Below are positions 1-7,542 of a stretch of 64,000 bases of DNA, piece after piece. A program made the translations under genes and the position numbers. The notes below the pieces were generated by a model, which did no database searches, was not told the DNA's origin, and saw nothing but the letters and a program-made list of their open reading frames with translations. The stretch is from Dehalococcoidia bacterium (GTDB taxonomy: Bacteria; Chloroflexota; Dehalococcoidia; Bin125). Location: assembly GCA_965209205.1 (NCBI GenBank), contig CBDBQC010000003.1:822882-886881 (forward strand). The letters are read 5' to 3'. Position 1 is the stretch's first letter. Every line of letters starts with the position of its first letter.

Positions 1-753
1 ATGACCGTCTGCAACATGACCATCGAGGGCGGCGCCCGGGCCGGCCTCGTCGCGCCCGACGAGACGACCTTCGACTACCTCCGCGGCCGCCCGCACGCCC
101 CCGCGGGCGACGCCTGGGACGAGGCGCTGGCGGCCTGGCGGCAACTGCCCAGCGACCCCGGCGCCCGCTTCGACCGCGAGGTCGTGCTCGATGGGTCCGC
201 CATCGACCCGCACGTCACCTGGGGCGTGACGCCCGCGCAGAGCGTGGGCGTGGGCGGGCAGGTGCCGGACCCGGCCGAGATCGACGATCGCGCCGCCCGC
301 GAGACGGCGGAGCGCGCCCTGCGCTACATGGACCTGGCGCCCGCGACCCGCATCGTGGACATCAACCTCGACCGCGTCTTCATCGGCTCCTGCACCAACG
401 CTCGCATCGAGGACCTGCGCGCGGCCGCGCAGGTGATCGAGGGCAAGACGGTCGCCGGCGGCGTGAACGCGATGGTCGTGCCGGGCTCGGGGCTCGTCAA
501 AGCGCAGGCCGAGCAGGAGGGCTTGGCCGACGTCTTCCGCGACGCCGGCTTCGAGTGGCGCGAGGCCGGCTGCTCGATGTGCCTGGGCATGAACCCCGAC
601 ATCCTCGCCCCCGGCGAGCGCTGCGCCTCGACCAGCAACCGCAACTTCGAGGGGCGCCAGGGGCCGGGCGGTCGCACCCACCTCGTCAGCCCGGCGATGG
701 CCGCCGCCGCCGCCGTCGCCGGCCACTTCGTCGACGTGCGGGACTGGAGCTAG
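1..753 (+). CDS. leuC: 3-isopropylmalate dehydratase large subunit (5' part lies outside the window)
   Basis: Aconitase-family motifs [24 protein letters not shown] and [12 protein letters not shown]; leuD and leuB lie downstream. Confidence 0.96.
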   Translation: MTVCNMTIEGGARAGLVAPDETTFDYLRGRPHAPAGDAWDEALAAWRQLPSDPGARFDREVVLDGSAIDPHVTWGVTPAQSVGVGGQVPDPAEIDDRAARETAERALRYMDLAPATRIVDINLDRVFIGSCTNARIEDLRAAAQVIEGKTVAGGVNAMVVPGSGLVKAQAEQEGLADVFRDAGFEWREAGCSMCLGMNPDILAPGERCASTSNRNFEGRQGPGGRTHLVSPAMAAAAAVAGHFVDVRDWS

Positions 754-768
754 CGATTCGGAGCTTCG

Positions 769-984
769 ATGCCGGGGCTTCGGAATGTCAAACAGGAGGA
801 GGCCGTCCGGGCGTTCGTTCGCTTGGGTGGCCGAGAGCGGGCGTCGAAGAAGAACTACCGGATGGTGACGATGCCGAACGGAGCGTTGATCGCGATCCCC
901 ACCGGTACACTCAAGATCGGTCTGCTGCATCGGCTCATTCGCCGCGCTGGGGCAACCGCACAGGAGTTCGAGGAGGTGTTGTGA
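769..984 (+). CDS. hicA: HicA-like toxin (type II TA), canonical GSH His apparently absent
   Basis: 71-aa basic ORF with a HicA-like layout (EAVRAFVRLG...IAIP...GLLHRLIRRAG); its stop overlaps the hicB start (TGATG). Confidence 0.7.
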   Translation: MPGLRNVKQEEAVRAFVRLGGRERASKKNYRMVTMPNGALIAIPTGTLKIGLLHRLIRRAGATAQEFEEVL

Positions 985-1238
985 TGGTGGCTCCCGAGGC
1001 GCCCGTCTACACGATCTCGGTCTATGAGGCCGAGGAGGGCGGCTACTGGGCGGAAGTCCTCGACCTGCCGGGTTGCGTCGCGCAGGCCGAGACGCTCGAC
1101 GCCCTGCGGGCGCAGCTGCCCGACGCCATCGCCGCCTACATCGAGACGAAACGGGAGCTCGGCGAGGAGCCCGAGCCCGCCAGCGCCTTCACCTGGTCCC
1201 TCCGCGTCGAGGGCAGCGGCCTGGCGCCGGTGAGTTAG
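984..1238 (+). CDS. hicB: HicB-family antitoxin
   Basis: EEGGYWAEVLDLPGCVAQAETLDAL...DAIAAY is the typical HicB N-terminal fold; ATG at 984 is in the frame of ORF 555..1238. Confidence 0.82.
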   Translation: MVAPEAPVYTISVYEAEEGGYWAEVLDLPGCVAQAETLDALRAQLPDAIAAYIETKRELGEEPEPASAFTWSLRVEGSGLAPVS

Positions 1239-1245
1239 GAGCAGC

Positions 1246-1839
1246 ATGCAACCCGTCACGACCGTCAGCGGCCACGCCATCCCGCTCGACCGCGCCGACA
1301 TCGACACCGATCAGATCATCCCCGCCCGCCACCTCAAGAAGATCGAGCGCACCGGCTACGGCCCCTTCGCCTTCGAGAGTTGGCGCAAGGACCCGGACTT
1401 CGTCGTCAACCGGCCCGAGTACGCCGGCGCCCCCATCCTCCTGGCCGGCCCGAACTTCGGCGGCGGCTCCTCGCGCGAGCACGCCGTCTGGGCGATCCAG
1501 CAGATGGGCGTGGGCGTGGTCATCGCGCCCTCCTTCGCCGACATCTTCCGCAACAACAGCGCCAAGATGGGGCTGCTCACCGTGACGCTGTCCCCGCCCG
1601 ACTGCGAACACCTCATGGCGCGCGCGGCCGAGACGCCGTCCGCCCCCATCACCGTGGACCTGGCGGCGCAGACCGTCTCGACGCCCGGCGGCTGGTCGCG
1701 CGGCTTCGAGATCGACGCCTTCGTCAAGCACACGCTGCTCAACGGGCTCGACGGCATCGACCTGACGCTGCAGCACGTCGACGCGATCACCGCCTTCGAG
1801 CGGGAGCGTCCCGCCTTCATGCCCCGCACCAGCGCCTGA
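1246..1839 (+). CDS. leuD: 3-isopropylmalate dehydratase small subunit
   Basis: [25 protein letters not shown] and SFADIFRNN motifs; AGGAG RBS. Confidence 0.96.
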   Translation: MQPVTTVSGHAIPLDRADIDTDQIIPARHLKKIERTGYGPFAFESWRKDPDFVVNRPEYAGAPILLAGPNFGGGSSREHAVWAIQQMGVGVVIAPSFADIFRNNSAKMGLLTVTLSPPDCEHLMARAAETPSAPITVDLAAQTVSTPGGWSRGFEIDAFVKHTLLNGLDGIDLTLQHVDAITAFERERPAFMPRTSA

Positions 1840-1861
1840 GCCCGCCCCCGGGAGGACCTTC

Positions 1862-2953
1862 GTGAGCCACTTCAATATCGCGCTGCTGCCCGGCGACGGC
1901 ATCGGACCGGAGGTGGTCGCCGAGGGCGTGAAGGTGCTCGACGCCGTGGGCGCGCGCTTCGGGCACGAGTTCAGCTACACCGCCGACATCGTGGGCGGCG
2001 CCGCCATCGACGACTACGGCGTCGCCCTGCGCGATGAGACGCTGGAGATGTGCCAGGAGCAGGATGCGGTCTTCTTCGGCGCCGTCGGCGGCCCCAAGTG
2101 GGACGACCCCGGCGCCAGCGTCCGCCCCGAGCAGGCCATCCTGGGGCTGCGCAAGGGCCTGGGTCTGTTCGCCAACATCCGCCCCGTGAAGATGTACGAC
2201 TTCCTCGTCGACAGCACGGCCCTCAAGCCCGAGGTCGTGCGCGGCGTGGACATGATCGTCCTGCGCGAGCTGACCGGCGGCATCTACTTCGGCCAGCCGC
2301 AGAAGCAGTGGGTGGAGAACGGCGAGCGCCATGTCGTCGATACGCTGGCCTACGCCGAGCACGAGATCGAGCGCATCGTGCGCGTCGGCTTCGAGCTGGC
2401 GCAGGGGCGGCGCAAGAAGCTGACCTCGGTCGACAAAGCGAACGTGATGGCCAGCTCCCGGCTGTGGCGCGCGGTCGTGCTGGAGGTCGCGCCCGACTAC
2501 CCCGACGTCGAGGTCGAGCACCTGCTCGTCGACGCCTGCACCATGCACCTGATCTCGCGCCCCGGCGACTTCGACGTCATCGTCGCCGAGAACCTGTTCG
2601 GCGACATCCTCAGCGACGAGGCCTCGATGCTGGCAGGCTCGATGGGCATGCTGCCCAGCGCCAGCCTGGGCCTGCGCAGCCGCGACGGCACCGGCCTGGG
2701 CATGTACGAGCCGATTCACGGCACCGCGCCCGATATCCAGGGCCGCGGCATCGCCAACCCCATCGCCCAGATCCTCAGCGGCGCGATGATGCTGCGCCTC
2801 TCGCTGGGCCTGGAGGCCGAGGCCGCCGCTGTCGAGGCGGCCGTCGACGGCGTGCTCGCCGCCGGCCACCGCCCCGCCGACCTCGCCGGCCCCGACGACC
2901 GCCCGAAGGACACCGCCGCCATGGGCGACCTCATCGTCGCGGCGCTGGCCTGA
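1862..2953 (+). CDS. leuB: 3-isopropylmalate dehydrogenase
   Basis: [33 protein letters not shown] and [11 protein letters not shown] motifs; GTG start after GGAGG. Confidence 0.96.
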   Translation: MSHFNIALLPGDGIGPEVVAEGVKVLDAVGARFGHEFSYTADIVGGAAIDDYGVALRDETLEMCQEQDAVFFGAVGGPKWDDPGASVRPEQAILGLRKGLGLFANIRPVKMYDFLVDSTALKPEVVRGVDMIVLRELTGGIYFGQPQKQWVENGERHVVDTLAYAEHEIERIVRVGFELAQGRRKKLTSVDKANVMASSRLWRAVVLEVAPDYPDVEVEHLLVDACTMHLISRPGDFDVIVAENLFGDILSDEASMLAGSMGMLPSASLGLRSRDGTGLGMYEPIHGTAPDIQGRGIANPIAQILSGAMMLRLSLGLEAEAAAVEAAVDGVLAAGHRPADLAGPDDRPKDTAAMGDLIVAALA

Positions 2954-2954
2954 C

Positions 2955-3110
2955 GGGGGCGCTCCGCTCCGACCTCACCCCCTGACTTCGGATATGACGG
3001 CGTGCGGTCGCGCGCCTGGGGCTCTCCATCTGGACGCTGGAGAGGGGGGACCGGAGGGGAACCTCACCCCTAGCCCCCTCTCCAGCTAAAGCGCTGGAGA
3101 GCCCCCGCCC
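2955..3110. repeat. Cluster of dispersed palindromic repeats (ACCTCACCCC...CCCCTCTCCA-loop-TGGAGAGGGG family)
   Basis: Hairpins at about 3022-3048 and 3061-3101; 2971-3050 is a near-exact inverted copy of about 33900-33980. Confidence 0.85.
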
Positions 3111-3335
3111 CGGGGGAGGGGGCTGCCGCGACGACGCCGATCGCCGCCGGCGCCCGGCACGCGCCCGGTGCGTGCACGATCTTGCACTCATATGCACGAA
3201 TTCAGCGGGTTGGGCTGGGAGTGACCGAGGAGTGGGACCGCGGTGGGCACGGACGGCGCACCGGTACACCCGCGGTCCGCGGGTCTCCATCGCAGTATAG
3301 CGGATGCTTGGCGACGTGGCCAGGCGGCGGCCGGA

Positions 3336-3482
3336 TCTCACCCCTTCACCCCCCTCTCCAGCGAAAGCGCTGGAGAGGGGGCTCGGGTCCCCTCTCCCCA
3401 GGGGAGAGGGGATCCGACCACATCCCTCCGGTCCCCCCTCTCCATCGCTTCAGATGGAGAGGGGGTTAGGGGGTGAGGTTCC
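3336..3482. repeat. Cluster of dispersed palindromic repeats upstream of SBP gene 1
   Basis: Three hairpins: CCCCTCTCCA..TGGAGAGGGG twice and TCCCCTCTCCCC-A-GGGGAGAGGGGA; 3435-3482 is an essentially exact inverted copy of about 33784-33831. Confidence 0.88.
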
Positions 3483-3554
3483 CCCGCGATCGCACGCCGG
3501 ACCCCCTGAGTGACACCGGGGGCCTTCCCACGGCGCCCGAATCCGAAAACTCCG

Positions 3555-3719
3555 GTGGATAACTGGCAAGTACCGTGGATAACCCCATAATTTCCTTCTT
3601 ACTTGACATAGGGGGGGGGGGGGGGGGGGGCTCGATTCTGGATGTGACATACTGCGTGTGCTCACCAGCCCGACGGTCCCCCGGGGGGACCAACGGTAGT
3701 TCCCGGAAAGGAACCGATC
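3555..3719 (+). promoter_or_regulatory. Conserved SBP promoter/leader, copy 1: GTGGATAAC x2, TTGACA, G20 tract, extended -10, two UTR hairpins
   Basis: GTGGATAAC at 3555 and 3575; TTGACA 3603-3608; G 3611-3630; TGaCATACT with CATACT at 3648-3653; the same layout recurs at 31103-31264. Confidence 0.7.
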
Positions 3720-6122
3720 ATGAGCACACCGAAGCATTGGACGACCCTGCGACAGCGAAAGATCTCGCGCCGCACCATGTTGGGAGCCAGCGCCAAAGCC
3801 GGCGTTGGAGCCGCCGGGCTGGCGCTCGTCGGCTGCGGCGACGACGACGAGCCCGACGCCGGGGCCGTGGCGGCGGAACGGGCCGCCTCGGCCGCGGAGG
3901 AGGCCGCCGCCGCGGCCATCGCCGCCGGCGAGGCGCGCGCGGCTGAGACTGAGGCTGCCGCGGACGCCGCCGCTGAGGCGGCTGCCGCCGCGTCCGAGGC
4001 CTCCGCCGCGGCTTCACAGGCGGCCGACGCGGCCGATGCGGCCGCCGCCCTGGCCGCCGAGGCGGCGGAGTCGGAGGACGCCGCCAACGCGGCCGCCGCC
4101 GCCGAAGCCGCGGCCGCGGCTGCTGCGGACGCTGCCGACGCCGCGTCCGCAGCTGGCGACGCCGCGGCCGCTGCCGTGGCGGACGCCGCCGCGCAGGCCG
4201 CTGAGGCCGCCGCCCAAGCCGCGCGCGACGCGGCCGCCGCGGTCGAGGCCGGTACCGCCACCGCCGCCGCAGCGCAGGCCGCCATCGACGGGGCCGCGGC
4301 CGCCGCGGCTGCCGCGGCCGAAGCCGCCGGGGAGGCGTCCGCGGCCGCCGGCGAGGCCGCCGCCACCGCGCAGGAGACCGCCGAAGCCGCGGCCGAGACC
4401 GCGGCCGCGGCCGTCGCCGCCGCCCAGGAGGCCGCCGAGGCGGCCGGGGAGGCCGCCAGCGCGGCTGCGGCCGCCGTCGAGGCCGGCATGGCCATGGCCG
4501 AGGACGCCGAGTTCTCGGTGCCCTGGCCGCTCGACCAGGTCGATCTGAACGCCACGATCGTCGTCGCGCACGACGCCGACGCCGGCGGCCTGGATCCGCG
4601 CAGCAGCGCCAGCTTCGCCAACGACTGGGCCGATGCCGCCGTCTTCAGCGCGGCCCTCCAACTGGATCCCCGCGATAACTCCGCGGCCGACCATCTCGCC
4701 GCGCCTGAGTGGATCGACCCCGCCACGATCCGGGCGGCGGTTGCCCTGGCGCCGTTCCACGACGGCTCGATCCTCACCGCCCACGACATGGCGTTCAGCC
4801 ACGACCGTGTGGCCGGACGCGCCGCCTATCACGACGGCGGCGCGACGACCGATCACCCCAGCGGCTGGGCCCCCGCGAACGCCTGGGCGATGGCGAACGT
4901 CGCCGGGAACGAGGCCGTGGACGATCGCACCTGGGCGATCGATCTCGTCACGCCGAATTTGGGCTTCCTCGCCGTCAGTCTGACCGCGGTCAGCAATACG
5001 TCAGTCATGTCGCGGGCGGACACGGAGCGGCGCGGCGACACCGCGGTGGACCAATCCTTGATGGGCACGGGCCCCTACCGCTTCGTCAGCCACACGGACG
5101 ACGAGGACTTCGTCTTCGAGCGCTTTGAGGACCACTTCCTCCCGATCGACCACCCCGTCCGGGTGCCGCACTACGCCCACAACCAACACCTGACCGTCCT
5201 GGTGCGCCCCGAGCTCCAGTCGCGTCTCGCCGGCCTCGAGGCCGGCGAGATCGACGCCGTGCCGGCCCTGGGCCCCACCGTCGTCGAGCCGTTCCTGGAC
5301 GACCCCGACTTCACCGTCCAGTTCGCCCCCTCCCTCTCGACGGCCATCCACAACCTCTATCCCAACTTGTGGACCCCGACGATGGACGACGGCAGCCCCA
5401 ACCCGTTCCTGGACGTCCGCGTCCGCCGGGCCGCGAACCACGCGATCAACCGCCAGTCCCTGATCGACAACCTCATGGCGGGCGTGGGGGGGCAGGCCTT
5501 CGTCGCGCACAGCAGCACCGAGGGCTTCCCGACGCCGGAGCAGTTGCAGGAAGTCACCTACGCCTACGACCCCGAGCGGGCGAGGCAACTCCTGGCCGAG
5601 GCGGGCTACCCGGACGGCTTCGATACCCCCCTGTACTGGACGCCCGATGTTGGCGGCCCGTCCGCGCCGGACATGGCGCTGGCCGTCGCGCAGGATCTGA
5701 CGGCGGTCGGCATCCGGATCGAGTCCGTGTCGCTCCCCAGCAGCGACTACTTCACCGACGAGTACATGCGCGGCAAAGAAGACGCCAAGCCGGGGCTGTG
5801 GTGGTTCTGGGGCAGCCCCATCCCCGACATCTCCCAGCCGTGGGAGTGTTGCGCCGGGCCGCGTGGCGATTGGGCGATCGCGGCGCCGCCGGACCCCGAC
5901 ATGGACGAGATGTACCTCGCGCAGTCCGTCGAACTCGATCGCGCGCGGCGCCTGGAGATGATCACTGAGTTCATCCTGGAGCACGCGCGGCGCGCGTACT
6001 ACGTCTTCCTCATCGAGCCGCCGGAAGCCGTCATGACCCGCAGCAACGTCAACTGGCCCAAGGGCGGGCCCTTCGGCCTCGTGGACTACACAAGCTCCTT
6101 CGCCATGCAGAAGCGCATCTGA
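3720..6122 (+). CDS. Tat lipoprotein with Ala-rich stalk and family-5 (peptide/nickel-type) ABC solute-binding domain, paralogue 1
   Basis: SRRTML Tat motif; LVGC lipobox (Cys39); about 210 aa Ala/Glu/Asp-rich segment; SBP_bac_5-like motifs FHDGS.LTAHD, GTGPYRF, DVRVRRAANHAINR and YDPERARQLLAEAGYPDGF. Confidence 0.9.
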   Translation: MSTPKHWTTLRQRKISRRTMLGASAKAGVGAAGLALVGCGDDDEPDAGAVAAERAASAAEEAAAAAIAAGEARAAETEAAADAAAEAAAAASEASAAASQAADAADAAAALAAEAAESEDAANAAAAAEAAAAAAADAADAASAAGDAAAAAVADAAAQAAEAAAQAARDAAAAVEAGTATAAAAQAAIDGAAAAAAAAAEAAGEASAAAGEAAATAQETAEAAAETAAAAVAAAQEAAEAAGEAASAAAAAVEAGMAMAEDAEFSVPWPLDQVDLNATIVVAHDADAGGLDPRSSASFANDWADAAVFSAALQLDPRDNSAADHLAAPEWIDPATIRAAVALAPFHDGSILTAHDMAFSHDRVAGRAAYHDGGATTDHPSGWAPANAWAMANVAGNEAVDDRTWAIDLVTPNLGFLAVSLTAVSNTSVMSRADTERRGDTAVDQSLMGTGPYRFVSHTDDEDFVFERFEDHFLPIDHPVRVPHYAHNQHLTVLVRPELQSRLAGLEAGEIDAVPALGPTVVEPFLDDPDFTVQFAPSLSTAIHNLYPNLWTPTMDDGSPNPFLDVRVRRAANHAINRQSLIDNLMAGVGGQAFVAHSSTEGFPTPEQLQEVTYAYDPERARQLLAEAGYPDGFDTPLYWTPDVGGPSAPDMALAVAQDLTAVGIRIESVSLPSSDYFTDEYMRGKEDAKPGLWWFWGSPIPDISQPWECCAGPRGDWAIAAPPDPDMDEMYLAQSVELDRARRLEMITEFILEHARRAYYVFLIEPPEAVMTRSNVNWPKGGPFGLVDYTSSFAMQKRI

Positions 6123-6130
6123 GGCGCGGG

Positions 6131-6217
6131 AACCTCACACCCTGCGCCAGGACCTCACCCCCGAACCCCCTCTCCAGCTGAAGCGCTGGAGAGGGGGCTC
6201 CGATCCCCTCTCCCCCA
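6131..6217. repeat. Palindromic repeat cluster downstream of SBP gene 1, interrupted by IS5
   Basis: ACCTCACCCCCGAACCCCCTCTCCAGCTGAAGCGCTGGAGAGGGGGCTCCGATCCCCTCTCCCCC is a direct copy of the 3336-3415 unit. Confidence 0.85.
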
Positions 6218-7386
6218 GGAGACCTTTGCGTAACTCCCCGGAAGCGGCAGAGTAAGTGGCGGGGGGACGGCAGCGGGAGGGCCGCATGTACCGCCAGACC
6301 GGGGAGCTCACGTTCGCGGACGCGATGATGGCCGAGGGGATGGGCCGCAACGCGGTGCTCGAACGGCTCGACGCCGCGCTCGACTGGGAGCGCATCGCCA
6401 CGATCGTCGGGGAGGTGCATGCGGCGCCGGAGGGCCGGCCCGCCTACCCGCCGCTGTCGATGCTCCGGATCATGCTCCTGCAGCAGTGGTTCGACGCCTC
6501 GGACCCGGCCATCGAAGAGGCGCTGCGCGACCGCATCTCGTTCCGCCGCTTCGCCCGGCTCGGCTGGGACGACGGCACCCCGGACCACTCGACGATCAGC
6601 CGCTTCCGCCACCAGCTCACCGGGCGCGGCCTCGCCGAGCGCGTGTTCGACGAAATCGCCCGCCAGCTCGACGCGCGGGGGCTGCTCGTCAAGGAGGGCA
6701 CGCTCCTGGACGCCACCCTCGTCGAGGCGGCGGTGCGGCGCCCGCCGTACGGGCGCGGCCCCGGCGCGCGCAGTGCGACCGACCCCGACGCCGCGTGGAC
6801 CCGCAAGGGCGGCCGCGCCGCCTTCGGCTACAAGGCGCACCTCGCGATGGACGGGGGCTCCGGCCTGATCCGCCGGGCGCTGCTGACGCCGGCGAACGTG
6901 AACGACACCGAGGTCGCCGACCGCTTGGTGAGCGGCGACGAGGCGGCGGTCTACGCCGACAAGGCGTACGAGTCGAAGGACCGGCGCGCGCGACTGCGGG
7001 CGCAGGGGGTCAAGGACCGGATCATGCACCGCGCGCACAAACACCAGCGGGCGCTGCCGCACTGGCAGCGGCGGCGCAACGCGCTGATCTCGCGGGTGCG
7101 GGCGCCGGTCGAGCAGGTCTTCGGGACGCTGAAGCGCAGCTACGGCTACCGGCGGGTGCGCTACACCGGCCTCGATCGCAACGCGACCGAGCTCTGGCTC
7201 AAGCTCTCGGCCTACAACCTGCGCCGCGCCGAACGCCTCCTCGCCGCGGCGTAGGCGCCGTGCGCCCGCCGCCCGCCGGCGCTCCGTAAGCGCCGCCCGT
7301 AACCGCCCACTCCCGCCTTCCCCGCGCCCCGATCCGCCCGGACGCCGCCCTTTTTCGCGCCCACCCCGAGTAACGCAAAGGTCTCC
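6218..7386 (+). mobile_element. IS5-family insertion sequence (1169 bp)
   Basis: 19-bp terminal inverted repeats GGAGACCTTTGCGTAACTC (6218-6236) and GAGTAACGCAAAGGTCTCC (7368-7386), one mismatch, enclosing an intact DDE transposase; no clear target duplication seen. Confidence 0.93.
6286..7254 (+). CDS. IS5-family DDE transposase
   Basis: GRPAYPPLSMLRIMLLQQWF, PDHSTISRFR, LLDATLV, DPDAAW..KG...FGYKAH, VYADKAY and RAPVEQVFGTLK motifs; ATG after GGGAGG. Confidence 0.94.
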   Translation: MYRQTGELTFADAMMAEGMGRNAVLERLDAALDWERIATIVGEVHAAPEGRPAYPPLSMLRIMLLQQWFDASDPAIEEALRDRISFRRFARLGWDDGTPDHSTISRFRHQLTGRGLAERVFDEIARQLDARGLLVKEGTLLDATLVEAAVRRPPYGRGPGARSATDPDAAWTRKGGRAAFGYKAHLAMDGGSGLIRRALLTPANVNDTEVADRLVSGDEAAVYADKAYESKDRRARLRAQGVKDRIMHRAHKHQRALPHWQRRRNALISRVRAPVEQVFGTLKRSYGYRRVRYTGLDRNATELWLKLSAYNLRRAERLLAAA

Positions 7387-7450
7387 AAAGGGGGAGAGGG
7401 GATCGGATTCGCTCTCTCGTTCTGGGAGAGGGCCTTCTGGGAGAGGGTGA
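7387..7450. repeat. Right arm of the palindrome split by IS5, plus degenerate GGGAGAGGG units
   Basis: GGGGGAGAGGGGATCGG (about 7390-7406) is the reverse complement of CCGATCCCCTCTCCCCC immediately left of the IS. Confidence 0.85.
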
Positions 7451-7482
7451 AGGGCCCAGCGCCCCCGCCCCGCCGCGCCACG

Positions 7483-7511
7483 TTGCCGCCACGCCCGGCG
7501 CTCAGTACGGT
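7483..7511 (+). promoter_or_regulatory. Candidate sigma70 promoter for cimA
   Basis: TTGCCG (7483-7488), 17-bp spacer, TACGGT (7506-7511). Confidence 0.5.
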
Positions 7512-7542
7512 GAGCGTGGACCAGGAAGCGAGGCGACGCCCC

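Noticed and set aside
3171-3187. Sigma54 promoter from GTGCACGATCTTGCA
   Set aside because: It lacks the invariant GG, and the -24/-12 spacing is one base short.
3662-4789. Long Ala/Ser-rich and Arg/Pro-rich ORFs overlapping the SBP stalks on other frames and strands (also 31207-32355)
   Set aside because: Shadows of GCC/GCG-rich codons in a high-GC gene; no RBS or domain signal.
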